A program made the position numbers and the translations under genes. The notes beneath the pieces were generated by a model that had not been told where the DNA came from, made no database searches, and saw only the letters and a list, made by a program, of their open reading frames with translations. From the human T2T-CHM13v2.0 reference genome, Homo sapiens: DNA of 64,000 bases. The DNA lies in assembly GCF_009914755.1 (NCBI RefSeq), contig NC_060931.1. One strand, given 5' to 3'. Shown here in pieces: positions 1 to 15,619 of this stretch (positions are counted from its first letter, which is position 1; each line of letters opens with the position of its first letter).

Positions 1-309
1 TTGACTCATTCCCCATATGTCTTTGAGGAGGCTCACAAAATACTAAAGCTGGGAGGAAACTTGGAGATCTATAGGTCAAACCTCCCCATTGGGCTGATGA
101 GAAAATACACGCAGGCCTAGCATGGTGCCTGCCACCATGGTGGGATCCAGTATGTTTTATAAATCTGAATGAGTAAATGGCTCACCAATTTATGCATAGC
201 CCTGCACATGAGCAGAATGTGACACTCAAAGCATCCATGCAGTACGCATGTAACCTTGCACAGGAGTGGGGCTCTGGTGACCGAAGGTTGTCCAGGACTC
301 TTGCAGGAG

Positions 310-510
310 AAGCAATGGAGTCAGTGTGGTGTGGGGAGACCTACTTTTTAACCTGGGCTTAGCCACCTGCTCTGTGATCCAGGGCTTACCTTCTTTGGGC
401 CTCGGCCTCCTAATCTGGGTAATGGGGAGGACTTCATTGGCATTGTTAGTCCCACAGGCCAAGGATAAGGTTGAAATGAGACGGCTTGTGTGTGAAAAGA
501 TTTTGGAAAT
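310..510 (+). mobile_element. MIR SINE, degenerate
   Basis: Degenerate MIR core (ttaacctgggcttagccacctgctctgtgatcc...gggcctcggcctcctaatctgggtaatgggg). Boundaries approximate. Confidence 0.5.
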
Positions 511-1092
511 TACACAGATGTGGGCTTGTTATTGGGATGAAGACTGCTGGAAGGGACTCCTTGCTGTTTATCTACTGCTTTGAGCCCTCCTAAGTTAACC
601 TGTGCCTCATTTGTAAAACCACCAGCATCAGGAGTAAGGGGGAGGCCAGAGGGCTCAGATGGACACAGAATTCTAGCTTTACCTGCATCCGCTGATTCAG
701 TTTTCTGTTGGGATCAGAGTGAGGATACTTCCATATGGGTGATAGCAGCCATGCCCCTGGGAGTCAACTTCAAGGATCTGGGACATTTTGGTGTGCCCAT
801 TCCTTCTTTTCCTGAACTCACAGTCTTGGGGTGTTTCTGCACTTGGCTATGTGTGTCTTGTCTGATGTCTGTCTTCTGTAGCTTTGCCTCTATCAGGGCT
901 GGAGTGGTGCAGCCCCTGGCATCTCAGACATGGTTCCTGCCTCACTTGTGGGAGCTGGACCAGCCTGGGTTTCATCTCCCACAGTAAAGCTAAGTAAGCC
1001 CCACAGACCTTACTGCTACTGCTGCTGCCATTAATGCTGTGCTCACTATCTTGTCCAGGATTTTAAGGATGTCAGACTGCTGTAGATGACTC

Positions 1093-1098
1093 AATAAA
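1093..1098 (+). terminator. Candidate polyadenylation signal (possible 3' end of an upstream gene)
   Basis: AATAAA followed by a U/GU-rich stretch (ttttgccatttttcctggtggctgt) and a G-rich tract at 1140-1176. The context ctcaataaatg also resembles a MIR/L2 tail, so the call is uncertain. Confidence 0.35.
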
Positions 1099-2813
1099 TG
1101 TTTTGCCATTTTTCCTGGTGGCTGTAACTTGGCATAAGTGGAGGGAAGGGAGGAGAGGAGGGGGAAGGGGAGAGGACTACCCCCAAAATTTGATCATCCA
1201 AGAGTAATCCAGTGTATACAAGGCCCAGTGGACTTTAAGATTCCAAAGGAGAAATATGAGAGTGGGCCTGAGTGAGCCTAGGATGGAACTCGAAAAGTAA
1301 ATTAGAAGTCTTGGCCTTAAAGGATCTCCAGGGATCATGGAAACTGAGTGGAATCATGACCTTCCTATTGTACCTTGGGAGCACCTACCAGATATCCCAA
1401 AACATTGACTGCAGAGAGCATTTCATCCCAGGTAACTACAAGTATATCCTTGGCTTCCAGGATCCCATCCCCTAATACTTCTGGATATTCCAAACCATCA
1501 GTCCCAGCCAGACCAGATAACCAATTCAAGGTAACCCTCATGTCCTCGAGGTTCTGTTGATTGTCACAATCCCAGTGTCCATTTTCATATTGGTCATAAT
1601 GTTCATTGCTATCAAAAGAAGATAATTCTTGCTAGGTCAGAAAATGAGTTTATGAAAAAGATGTTGAGCTGGTCATAGAATTCTTGTAAGGCTGGAGAAA
1701 CTAGAAAAGGTATCTGAAGCCATAGCATGCTGCATGACTGATGATGAAACTGCTGCCACTGTTGCTGCTGCCACCCCAGTGATGTCTCTTCCATGCCAGG
1801 GACATGACTTCGCAATTATTGCCACCTCTGAAAGCAGAGAGCTTTGCTGCTGTTCTCACCATCAAATGAGATTCCACTTTCAGCCCTCTTCCTCAAGTTG
1901 CCCACTTCTGCATCAAAGTTTCAACACCATTGGATTGGCTGTGTCCTCGCTACAAGGAAGACTGGAAATTGGACTTTTCTGGATTCTACCTTGAGGTCAG
2001 GGTCACAAGCCTGAAGATTTTCTAAACATAACAATAAAATCCTGGGAATAATAAATGCCCGCTACAACAGGCCTGAGGTCTACAGCAAATGCAGGGCCAG
2101 CTTCCTCCAGCAATCAGGTGGGCCACTCTGAAGAAGTCAAGTCAATGAAAAGATGGATTTTAGCCTAATAGTGTGTGAGCCCTGCAATCAGCTAGGGCTG
2201 TGTGGATCACTCACCAGATGCCCCCAGGTGTTCAGGGGGGTGTTCCCAAGCTGGGACACTAGTTAGTTCTTCTTTCAGAGGCTGTGCCCGCTCCTCTTTC
2301 TCCAGACCCACCTCTTCTTTTAGTCCTAAAGGAGATGACCAGGCTATGTTATATGACCCACTTAGCAGATATTTTGAGTTGCTTCCAAAATGGAACCTAT
2401 GCTCAAGGCTGAAAATTAGTCTCCTTGTGTCAGTTTCTGCTGGCTGATCCTAAGGAAGACTTCCCTAGTGTTTAGAAAAATATTACTTTCACTGATGTGA
2501 CCATAATGAATTGAGCTTCCATATGTTTCATCCTTTGAAAGAGGTCACGTCCAAAAAGCAAAGGTAAGAGCCAAAATTTAGTTGAAAGCCTTGAATTTCA
2601 CATCAAGCTTGAATTTCTTGGCAACAGTGAAGATCATCAAACTCCTGGGTCCATGTGAGCATTTATTAAATCCTGTTTCCTCTGTCCACTTTCCAACATT
2701 GATAGACTAAGCCCTCATTTCTCCCAAGACCCTCTAAAAATGCCTTGAATCTTGGCTGTTCCTGATGGTGCTGTCTGTTTTACTGGTATTGTGTATAATT
2801 CCTCTTGGGAACC

Positions 2814-2999
2814 CAGTGGTTCTTAGACATTATCCTGCATCAGAGTCACCTGAGGGGCTGTGAAAACAGAGATTGTGGGACCCACCCCCAGAATTTCTGA
2901 TTCAGCAGGTCTGAGGTAGGGCTGGACCATTTGCATTTGTAAAAGGTTCTCAGCTGTGGCTGTTCTGCTGGTCCTGAGACAGCACTTTGAGATCCACTG
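2814..2999. mobile_element. MER5A (hAT-Charlie MITE)
   Basis: Terminal inverted ends cagtggttct...gatccactg, and internal ccacccccagaatttctgattcagcaggtctg typical of MER5A. Confidence 0.85.
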
Positions 3000-3249
3000 T
3001 TCTACAGGTTCTAAGTGAGGACACTGGAAGGGCAACATAGTCCCTATTTGTGAACCATGGGCCTGGGCAATGATTACCTTCCCAGGAGGCAGAGAACAAG
3101 CATAGACATTCACAACAGGAGCTTTAATTTCCTTTTCCTCTCAGGCCAGTGTCTTAGAACAGAAAGCAAAACGTTCCAAGAGGAAATCAGCCTGCAGATG
3201 TCCATTCAGTCTCAATCAGCGTAAGTATTAGACTGTCTCTGAAACAACT

Positions 3250-3630
3250 AGTATCAAGTTCAGTGGGATATGACAGCAAAAACTCCAATAAACAGTGGCT
3301 TAAAGCAGACAGAAGTTTACTTCTCTCATATGAAGTCCAGAGGTAGACAGTCCAGAACAGGTGTTGTGGCTTTGTGGTCTCTCTGAGGACTCAAGCTTCT
3401 ATCTTTTTGCTCCTCTATCTTTAACAGGTGAGTTCTAGTCTCGAGGGCACCCTAAGCTCCAGGGCCCCTGGAGCTCTGGATGTCACTGGACTTAGAAGCA
3501 AATGGGAGAAGGCAAAAGAACTCTTCCCCTTCTTCAGTCATCTTCTTTTAAGAGGCCTATGTCTGCTTACATCTCATTATCCTGTGTGTAGTCACATGGC
3601 CACACCTCACTGCAAGGCAGGCAATGCAGT
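3250..3630 (-). mobile_element. Old MaLR LTR (MLT1I/J-like)
   Basis: aacagtggcttaaagcagacagaagtttacttctctcat and agtcacatggccacacctcactgcaagg are typical antisense MLT1 motifs. Confidence 0.65.
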
Positions 3631-4889
3631 GCAACCTTAATAACATTGGAAGGGAAGAAGGGATATTGACTGGCAAAAAGTAGTTTGTGTCATAAAAATC
3701 TTTGGGCAGTCCTTAGTGGTGAGTTGGGTTCATTCAACACCTGTGGAAAACCAGAGTCATATGGCTCTATGTCCTATTTTACTATATTGGGAACAAACTC
3801 AGGAATACAGTCTCCAGCCTGGACCATAAAGCCCCCTGATCAGAAGTGGGGAGCTGTGTCTTCCCACACATTGAAACTAGTCTAGTTTCAAGGGGTGAGA
3901 GCATGTCTGCACCATTTCTGGTAGGCTCTCCCTCATGGATGCAGTTCCTGAGTGGATTCTGTGCCCTGGTGCTTTCTACATTAAGTAGTCTCTTTTTAAT
4001 TTGGGGGATCCTCAGAGTAGTGATGGGGGTGTTGGGAGGGATGAAGGTCTTGTAATTTCTGACTGTCAGTTGCCCTAAAATGAACTAATGTAGATGCTCT
4101 GAGCCTCCCAATGTTGTTATACTGTGCCCTTGTGGGTAGCCTGTTGCAGTAGTTATTCTGGTGTGAACCTGGAAATTCCCTCTGCCACTGTCCTGGATGC
4201 AAAGTTGTAAATTCTGTGGGTGAAACCCAGTCATGAGGAGCTCTTCCATATGCTCTTTCTAGGCCAGAGAGGCAGTCTTTAGCAGATGGCAGACCTTTAC
4301 AAAGACATCATATGTATCCATTCCAATTCATACAGGCTTTCAGCTGAATGGGGACTTTGCAGTGATATCTCAGCTTCAGTCAGCAAATCTTCCACCAACG
4401 CAGTGGGCAGGGCCTTTGTTCTGACCCTCAGGGCCCTCTCAGGACCACCCCTCTCAGTCACCCTCTTCTCCCTTCCCCTTTCAGAAGGCCCCCACCTGCA
4501 GTGTATTGTATTCTAGGTTCCTCTCCCTCACCCCAGGTCTCTCCTCCCCTCTGCCCCTGATGTAAACTCAGACATGGCTTGGGGTGAGTTCTCCTTGAGC
4601 TGATACTCTTGATGCCCTTATCTTTTGGGTGTCCCCAATACTTGAGAATCATCTGTAGTGTTCTCCTTAACCCTATTGAGACACTTTTTCCATGGACAAA
4701 AGCATCCATTCCTATGACATTAAGCCTCACTTCCATTAATAAACCCAACTATTCACCACCAGGAGCAGCTTTGGCTTGGGCAGTAAGTACCATGGAGAGA
4801 GCCAAGTGAACCTTGGGTCCAGCACCACAGACAGTTCCAAGACTGTACCTACTTGGCAGTCTGTGTGGCCTATTTTTATCTGATATGAA

Positions 4890-5330
4890 CAAAGACAGAT
4901 TTAGGTTTTATGAAGTTGGAAACTCATATAATTTGGGGAGTCCTCTTTAATACAAACTGAAAAATTTTTAATTAAAATTAGGTATAAAAATAAGGGTTTT
5001 TTTGAATGAGAAAAGTTGACAACTATGATAAACATTATGAAATCCAGAAAAACAACATCATCTTTGTATTAATTACTCTCTGATGCTTTTTGCCTACTTG
5101 TTTTGGTTGCTTACTCTTTGATAATCTCTTTATTAGCTGATAACATTTATATCATTTTCTGTTCATAAAATTTGAATATAATTTAGTCACATAGTTAATC
5201 AAAATGTGTGTTTTATTATTGAACATTTGGACTCAGCACCAATGAAAACAGAATCCTCCAATTACAGTGTTACACATATGATGATTGGCAGATTTTTTTC
5301 ACAGACTGGCACCTGGCTCCATACACATCC
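4890..5330. mobile_element. hAT-Tip100 DNA transposon fragment (Zaphod/MER115-like)
   Basis: tataatttggggagtcctctttaa...aaaattaggtataaaa...gaatgagaaaag...aaatccagaaaaacaacat resembles my recollection of the Zaphod end. Confidence 0.5.
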
Positions 5331-6099
5331 AACTTTGTTTCTGCAGCACTGTGCACACTGCCAGGCACTGTACAACATTTTAATATGATGATATGATATG
5401 ATCTCTGGCCCTCTCTCTGCCTTTGTACATAATGCTGAGTGAACAACAAGAGTATTCCTGGAAGGACAGTATAATATCACTGTATAATGAAGCAATGACA
5501 CACACTCATGTGAAACCCACTGAACCAAACTGAGTGTCTCTCTAACTTAACCTCCCCTTCGTTGGATCCCCAAAGTGTTCCTGGCAGTTGAGTGCTACCC
5601 AACATGTAAGAAGGTGTGGTAGAGGAGATGTTAGGGTGGAGAGATGCTGTAGGCTTATCCAATTTGGGGCAAATAATTTACTTTTCCAAATTTTCCAAAA
5701 ACATAAGATCTTGTGAACACACTTCTGAGATCCAAGTGAGAGAGAGGGGCTTGGAAAGTGCTGTATATGACCCACATTTATCTGTCATCACAGGAAGATA
5801 TTTTTCAGTTTTACAAGACTGAAGCCCGTAATGCAGAGAACCAGAGATTTCTGAGGTCCCTGCTTTCAAATGATATCATGTGCTCTCTGGAGCATTCAGG
5901 TCACTCTTTAGATGGATGACTGTTACCCCTCCATTCAAGAATCTCTTACTGGAAACTAACTATGTGGTAGAGGCATGGAGGGCACAGTTTGGCATCAAGA
6001 ATGAACCAGAAACATTTTGTCTTCATAGTCAGGTGGTGAAGACTAGAATAAATAAACCAGGCATGGTGTGTGATAAGGTATAATTAAGGTATTAAGGGA

Positions 6100-6650
6100 T
6101 CTGTGGGTTAATAAATATTTGTAATTGCTGCTTCAGCCTCCGTTGCCCTCGGCTCCCTCCAATAATTCCCTGATTTTGTTTTATGGAAACTGCCCACCTC
6201 ATGATCAAACACAAGGTTTGGGTGCCTACACTCCTAGCCTCTGGGGTGGGTCCAGATAAACAAGCCAGGCCACATGGCCCTTATCACTCATTCCTCTGGC
6301 TGTAGTGACTGGCCCAGGGACAGACACACAGGCCATGTGAGGAGTCTATTTCTAGGGTTTCTGGGAAAGAGGGATTCCTCTTTTTTGTGAGGAAGCTTAT
6401 TGGAGAGACACCCGCTTGTCCCCTGGAAAGCATGACACGAGAATGTGAGGCTTGCAGGTGCCACAGTCATTTGCAATTATGAGGGAAACAACTGGAGCTG
6501 TTCAGAGAACGTGGTAGGGATCCTCAAGATGAATCAGACAACAAGGGAGGCAGAGGGGAATAACAAAAGGAAATGGAGTCCTTGGCATTATCATCAGAAC
6601 CACTTGATCAGGCCTCACCTGACTGATCTACTTATGGACTTTCCTAGGGA
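6100..6650. mobile_element. Old ERVL/MaLR-type LTR, family uncertain
   Basis: Degenerate LTR-like motifs (ggctgtagtgactggcccaggga; gccacagtcatttgcaattatgagggaaa). Confidence 0.35.
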
Positions 6651-6699
6651 CTGATGGGTAGGAGGGTTATTTGAATGGGCAAGATATAGAAAAGGCATC

Positions 6700-7315
6700 C
6701 TTTTATCATGAATTTTTAAAATAAATGCACTAAAGTACAGAGACCAATACAACAAATTCTGTGTCCACCCCAGAGCTAACAATATGCTATTATGCTTGAT
6801 TCAGATATTTTAATTTTTTTAATGAAGGAACACATGACAGATGGAATTTGGTCTGCATTGTGGTATTTCTCAGTTTGATTTCCCTCCCTCTCCCCTTCCA
6901 GAGGCAGCCACTAACGAGAACTTAGTATGTATCCATACCATTTATGTTTTTGTACTTATAGTAAATATCCATCAACATTATTTAGCATGTGTGACTGTGT
7001 GCTTTTAAGTTCCATCAATGGCATCACACTAGATCTATCATTCTGCCTTTGTTTTCTAAGTAATTCTATGTGCTACTTATTTATTCATACTTGTACATTT
7101 AGATCTAGATGATTCCCTTTTAATTGTATAATATTACATCATAGAAACTTGCCAGGCATAGTCATTGTCCTCCCTGTGGAAACGTATGTACTTTACATTT
7201 TGAAGTTATTTCAAACAATGTCTTATGAAGATCTCATTATTTACATGTGCAGGAGTTTCTCTAGACTTAGAATTGAAAGAGCTGGATCCAAGGGTGTGAA
7301 ATTTTCAACAATTCT
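6700..7315 (-). mobile_element. L1ME-type 3' end fragment
   Basis: ccccttccagaggcagccacta...cttagtatgtatcc and gaattgaaagagctggatccaagggtgtg are antisense old L1M 3' motifs. Confidence 0.5.
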
Positions 7316-7384
7316 CAGAGAAGAAGGAAGGAGAGGCAGATAGCATTTCATTTTTACTACTAAGGGATGCCTCACTGTGTTTCT

Positions 7385-7519
7385 ATTAATGCTTATCTTT
7401 TTGCCTTAAATTCTATTTTGTTTGATAGTAATATAGTTGCAACAATTTTCTGGTTAATGTACACATGATGTTATCTGTTTCTACCCATTCACTTGCAATT
7501 TTTTGCCTCTTTATGTTTT
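7385..7519 (-). mobile_element. Old L1M fragment, left part (host of the SMIM14 retrocopy)
   Basis: gccttaaattctattttgtttgatagtaatatagttgc matches antisense L1M sequence near the ORF2 start; it continues after 9363. Confidence 0.6.
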
Positions 7520-9362
<1,843 letters not shown>

Positions 9363-10270
9363 TGTCTTTTTTATATTTTAGATATATCTTCTCTATGTAA
9401 CATATTGATGAAAAATTTATTTTAATCCCAACTGATAGCCTGTGTTTAGATGGGCATAATTAGTCTATGGTTATTCACTGCGACTGAGGACATTTTGAGC
9501 TTATTTCATGACCTTACAGTCTATACGCCATGCCTTTGTTTCACCCCCTACCTGCTCATCTGCTCTCTCTTTTTTTTTTTTTTTTGCCTTCCATTGCATT
9601 ATCTTATTTCCCTTCCCTTTCTTTTACTGATATGGCAAATATACATTCTATTCTAATTGTGTTGTTTACATTTACAATTTTAACAAAATACCTAATTTTA
9701 TGTTTTTCCATAAAACTTGAAAGTTGATCATCCTTCTTTCCTTCTCCAAAACAAGATACATACTTAAGCATGTGTAACTTTCTCCAAGATTTACATTTGC
9801 AGAATCTGTTATTGTTGTCTACTCTTTTAGACATACCTTATTTAAAATCCTAAATATAGTTCCTACAATTGTTTGTAGTTTGAGCTTATTGAGCTCTATC
9901 AATATACTTCTTTGCTTAAAATATTTGATTTCCAATCTTTCCTTCTTGTTGAAGTTAATCTTTTGAAGTAGTTCTGTGTAGGGGAGAGCACTCAGTCTTT
10001 ATAAGATTGAGTTCAGAAAGTGGCTGTGTATTTTAGTTGGGCAGTTATTTTCTTTCAACACTTTTATACTGTGATTGCTACTGACATTTATTGTTTTTGA
10101 AGATAAAAATAGCCTGACACTTTTTTTCATTCTTTGGTTGCCTTTAAGCTTGGTCTTTATTATTGATGTACAGTTTCATTCTTACCCTGTTTGGCACATG
10201 TTATGCTTTTGCCAGTCTGTTAATTCAAGTCTTTAGTTCTGGAAAATTCTTTACCAGAATATATTTGAAC
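9363..10270 (-). mobile_element. Old L1M fragment, right part
   Basis: Resumes the L1M interrupted at 7519. Also contains gttgggcagttattttctttcaacactttt and tttagttctggaaaattct (antisense ORF1 region). Confidence 0.6.
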
Positions 10271-10489
10271 GATGCCAGTTGACAACAGAAATCCAGAGTG
10301 TGGATGTAGGAGGAAAGCCAGGGGAGTGTAGTGACAGGGAAGCCAAGAAAGGGTTTCTAGGAGAGGACAGTCATCTGGATCAAATGCTGCTAATGGTCTA
10401 TGAAGAGTGGAATAGAAACCAGCAACTGGCTGAGAGGAAGGTGGCTGGGTCATCTCTTGCCCCAGGCTTGAGAGGGGAAGGCTTGAGGG

Positions 10490-10664
10490 CCTCCATCCTT
10501 GGCTTTGACTGGGCACCCCCAGGACTGTCTACAGCCCCATCCCTGTTTGGAACCTGACACTCAGCTTGGAGGAGAGGTCTGCATGCCCTGTAGCCTGTGT
10601 GAGACCCAGGCTGCACTGAGCCTCTTGGCAACACCAGGCCTGAGTTTGGGTCTGGCCCACAGGA
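10490..10664 (+). repeat. ~175 bp dispersed direct repeat, copy 1
   Basis: Aligns to 11375-11548 at roughly 80-85% by eye, with an identical core gagacccaggctgcactgagc. Confidence 0.9.
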
Positions 10665-11374
10665 CAATGTTATAAAAAACAGAGTAGCTTTCCCCAGGAG
10701 GATCCGGGATTCATTCTGGCTCCCCAGGGCTTCTAGACCTAGAAGTCATCTGAAGTGGTGAGTCGGGGAGCTGGTTGGTCCTTTTGCAGTCCTCATTTAT
10801 CTTTGCAGTTAGGGGCAGGCTTCACACCTTCAGGAACCAAGGGGCTACTCTCACCAAAGCCCAGACCTCATCCCAGCCTGCCCCATGGCTCCAGAGCTGG
10901 CTGAGAACCAGGCAGCGGAAATGACTGGGTGGGGAAGAGCTGGCAGCTGGCTCAGAGCTGGATAGCTTAGTTGGGAGTCTTCTGTTGCCCCTAGAATCCA
11001 CTGGGACTGGCCCCAGGGTTGGTAGAAGCCATGGAGAGTTCTCCCATGAAAGCCCAATCCTCATCCTCATCCTCACTTCCTGGGAAAGGAGTAGGCAGGT
11101 TCCAGGCCTCACACTTAGGCCCTGGAAATGATGTAGTGGCAATGGAAAGGCCCCTCCCTGGGAAAGGGACCTGGCAGTTTGCAGTCCTTATTTGCTCCCA
11201 AGAAAGAATTTTGCTGGAAAGGAGTCCTCCCACCAGAGTGAAAGGGATACAGAGGAAAGGATTAGGTTGCGAAGGGCATGATTTATATCTTTGGGGGGAA
11301 ATTTAAGGAAACACTGCTCTCTGTCGCCCACTCAAGCAATCAAAATATCAGACCCAGCCCTGGTCCTCAGAATG

Positions 11375-11548
11375 TCCCCATCTTCAGCTTTGACTGGCCC
11401 CCCAATGACTGGCTAGAGCCCCATCCCTGATTGGAACCACACACTCAGCTCTGAGGAGAGGTTTGCCTGCCCTGTGGCCTATGGGAGACCCAGGCTGCAC
11501 TGAGCTTCTCAGCAACACCAGGCCTGAGATTGGGCCCAGCCCATGGGG
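11375..11548 (+). repeat. ~175 bp dispersed direct repeat, copy 2
   Basis: See copy 1. Ends right at the MER4 LTR insertion. Confidence 0.9.
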
Positions 11549-11551
11549 CAG

Positions 11552-12201
11552 TGTGAAAGGAAAAGAAATCTCAGGATCAAATCAGTAGGCCAAAGAGAAA
11601 AGTGAAGTTGGGAACTGGGGGCAAACCTGTCTCTCATTTTATTGCTAAATGAGATAGCTACAAAGATTAAAAAAAAAAATCCTCCCTCCCTCCCTCGCTC
11701 ACAATTTGCCCACTGGGAAATTCCTTCTGGGACCCAGTGTCTCAACCCTGAAACAGTTCTGTTGAATTTCACCCCGACAAAGTACACTGATAGCTTCTCT
11801 TCATAGGTACGGGACAAAGAACAGGACTCAAAGCCATCCCTCGGCTCCCCTGAGACAAATGCATATCTGATTGCTTCCTCTGCCCTATGTTTATTTTATC
11901 TTAGGTAAAAGTGCAGATCCACTGAGCTAGATGAATTCATAAGTGACTGTTCCTCTACCCCTTCTGGCACAGAGAAAAGCTGATCAAACTCAAAAGAATG
12001 CGACTGTTTGCCTCTTATGAACTCACACCTTTTAAAAATGTCTTCCTCTTCCCCCAGTAGCTACCCTTTCCCCTCTAAGTATTGAAGTCCTCAAAATCAT
12101 CTTTGGAGAAAGGCACAGACCTGTCTCTCGGGCATGAATCCTTAACCTTGACAAAATAAACTTCTAAATTGAGACCTGTTGCAGGCACCTTTTGGTTTAC
12201 A
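11552..12201 (+). mobile_element. MER4-family (ERV1) solo LTR
   Basis: TGTGAAAGGAAAA start, tgagacaaatgcatatctgattgcttcctctgccc core, AATAAA, ttttggtttaCA end, 4-bp TSD gcag/gtag. Confidence 0.88.
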
Positions 12202-12999
12202 GTAGCAAACCTGGAAGCACAGAAAGGCAGATCCCAAGCAGAGGAACACTTACAGCGGGCCGTGACCCAACCACAGTCACTTAGCCTGAGTGGCGGGTGA
12301 GGCAGCAGACAACAGAATATGTCTGGAACTCAGAGCCACTCCTCCCCCAGCCAAGCTGCCCCTCAACAAGTTCCCCATCTTGGCTTCTTAGGGCAAAATT
12401 CAGCGTCTGGGTGTGCACTGCCCTCTTCTGGTCATTTGGTTGGTAACACGAGCAGCCAAGAGCTCCCCTTTGGAAATAGCAGGAGCTCTTTCCAGTTCCG
12501 ATTTTTCTGCCAACCAGGCTTGTTTCCACACAATGACTCATAAGTGAGATAATGAAGGGCAAGAACAAGTTAAAATATTTACTATAATTTACATTTGGAG
12601 GAAAAACTTTAGTCTTACATTGCCTGTAGAAAGAATGTGTCCTACAGAGGATTTTGCAGTGGTTTAACCCTTTATATTTTTTTGATAAAGCACACATTTA
12701 CTTTTTTTTTTCTGATCATACAGAAAACTTATTTATTGAGACCACATAAATATAAGAAGCATGGCTTTGGTGTCATTTAGAAAGTGAACATGTGTCTAAG
12801 AATTTTCACACTAGATTGTAAACACTAACATAACTGATCTATCCATCTTTGGATTTTCATTGAGATATTTACTAAGTCCATCATCCGATGCTTTTGAGGA
12901 CATGAAAGTTAAAGAGATAAGAATCTTGATCTCAAGAAGCTTTATTATTTTTAAGAATGTTAATAAAGACTCTAAAAAGAAGGCAAACAGGGAAATGCA

Positions 13000-13412
13000 T
13001 CCTCCCCAAAGCTGCTAGTGCCAGGACTAGGCGCCTTCCCCAGTCCAGCGGCTGCAGGTTGGGTTGCTAAGAGCTTACCCTGCCCTCTTCTGCAGACAAT
13101 TGCTGGCAGATTTCTGAGGGGTAAGACTACCCCCTTCACCTTTCTCATCCAGGGTGGCCGGTAGCCAGTGACTGAGGGATGTAGGGGTAACCGCCCAGCC
13201 GCCTTGCCTCTGGTTGGGACAACCTCTGTGGTTGACATCAGTGGCTCCTGCTGGATCAGCATGAGGCTGATTCTGCTGAGGTCTGGCTCCTTCCTCCACC
13301 CATCCCCGCTTCCTCACTGCCCTTCAGTGTCTCCCCATGCACTCCTTCTGTAAGATCCCTGCTCAAGGATCTCTACTTCAGGCTCTACTGCTACAGAATC
13401 TAGACAAAAACA
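13000..13412 (+). mobile_element. LTR16-family (ERVL) LTR
   Basis: gggacaacctctgtgg...ggatcagcatgaggctg...caggctctactgctacagaatctagacaaaaaca resembles the LTR16 3' half. Confidence 0.55.
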
Positions 13413-13687
13413 TGTGCCATCAACAAGGCCCAGAAAAGATAAGGTCCAGTTTCAGGATTAGGGAAAACTTGCCTTGAAGGTCAGGTTAGATCTAGGCATG
13501 GAAGAACTGTTCATCTAGCCTACTGACACTTATTGACTGAGTGCCTTCAATGAGCTGGGCACTCTTCCAGGCCTTGGGGCATAGCAGCAGATATGACAAT
13601 CTTGTTATCGCTGGCACAATAATTCTAGCAGAGAGGGAAAGAAACAGGAAACAAATAATGGAGAATAAGATGAATTCAGTTAAGTTC

Positions 13688-13997
13688 TTTTTTTTTTTTT
13701 TTGGAGACGGGGTCTTACTCTGTCTCCCAGGATGAAGTGCAGGGACTGGATCATAGCTCACTGCAGCCTTGACCTCCTGGGCTCAATTGATCCTCCCACC
13801 ACCTCCTGGGTAGCTGGGATACAGGTGTGCACCACACCACACCTGGCTAATTTTTTTGTTTTTTTTTTTTTTTTTTTTTTTAGAAATGGGGTTTCTCCAT
13901 ATTGCCTAGCCTGGTCTTGAACTCCTGGGCTCAAGCGATCCACCCACCTCAGCCTACCAAAGTGCTGGGATCACAGATGTGGCCACCGTACCTAGAC
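13688..13997 (-). mobile_element. AluJ
   Basis: Poly-T followed by antisense Alu with J diagnostics (atcatagctcactgcagccttgacctcctgggctcaa). Confidence 0.92.
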
Positions 13998-14242
13998 AAC
14001 TTATGTTCAATAGTGAAAATAAAATATGGCAACCAGATACTGTCACCAGATCCATTTTCCTACAATTCTCCAAAAATTTACCCTTGAGAAATTAGGTGAT
14101 TCATTTATCTAGTTATAACAATTGGAACCTTTCTCCTGTCATAATTCTTCATCTCTGATGGTACTGGCTCAGTCAACGTCAACTTCCATTGAGTTCCTGC
14201 TGAGGATACTCACTTTAAATCATGGCATTGACACCAAACTTA

Positions 14243-15011
<769 letters not shown>

Positions 15012-15619
15012 GTCTAAAGGAAGGCAGCCAATACCTGTGACTACCCAAGAGATGCCCCTGGGACAAAGGAACTGTGCCTTTGAGAGAGCCCAGGGTTGAC
15101 GCATCCTGCATAGCTGCTCTCTTGATTCCATTCTCCATGCCAATGTCCTGCAGCCACACTGTCCTTTGATCCCATAAGCCTTCCTAAGGCCTACAGCCTC
15201 AGGAGAGAAAATGTCCTTTTTTTTTTGACCTATAAGCCTGGTGGCAGGCATGTATTTTATTCATCTTCCTATGCCTCATGGGCACAGCAAAATCCCATTA
15301 CACAGGAGTTAACCAGTGAAGTTGGTGGAAATAAGTGAACTTCAGGGTCCTCCATAATGCCCACTTGCCCTTTTCCTTCTTAGGATCCCAATAGCCAGGC
15401 CAGAATCCTGTCTCTATTAAACAAGCCTCTAGCTTTCCAGCCAGTGTGCCTTGGCTCAGCCTGTTCTCCCGCTCAGAGGCTGCCTGGTAGAACAGAAAGG
15501 AACCCCAAAGTGTGTAACTTAGGGCAAATGGCTTCTCCATAGAAATCTTGCATACAGTGTCCAGCTCCTGTCAGTATACAGTAGGTGTTCAAGATACTTC
15601 ATTCTCTAGCTTTCCACAT

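Noticed and set aside
1-1110. Naming the upstream gene or locus
   Set aside because: I could not recognise the sequence with confidence; it needs a BLAT search.
12700-12745. Poly-T plus TTTATT suggesting a second minus-strand retrocopy
   Set aside because: Context resembles a degenerate L2 tail; no TSD or coding homology seen.
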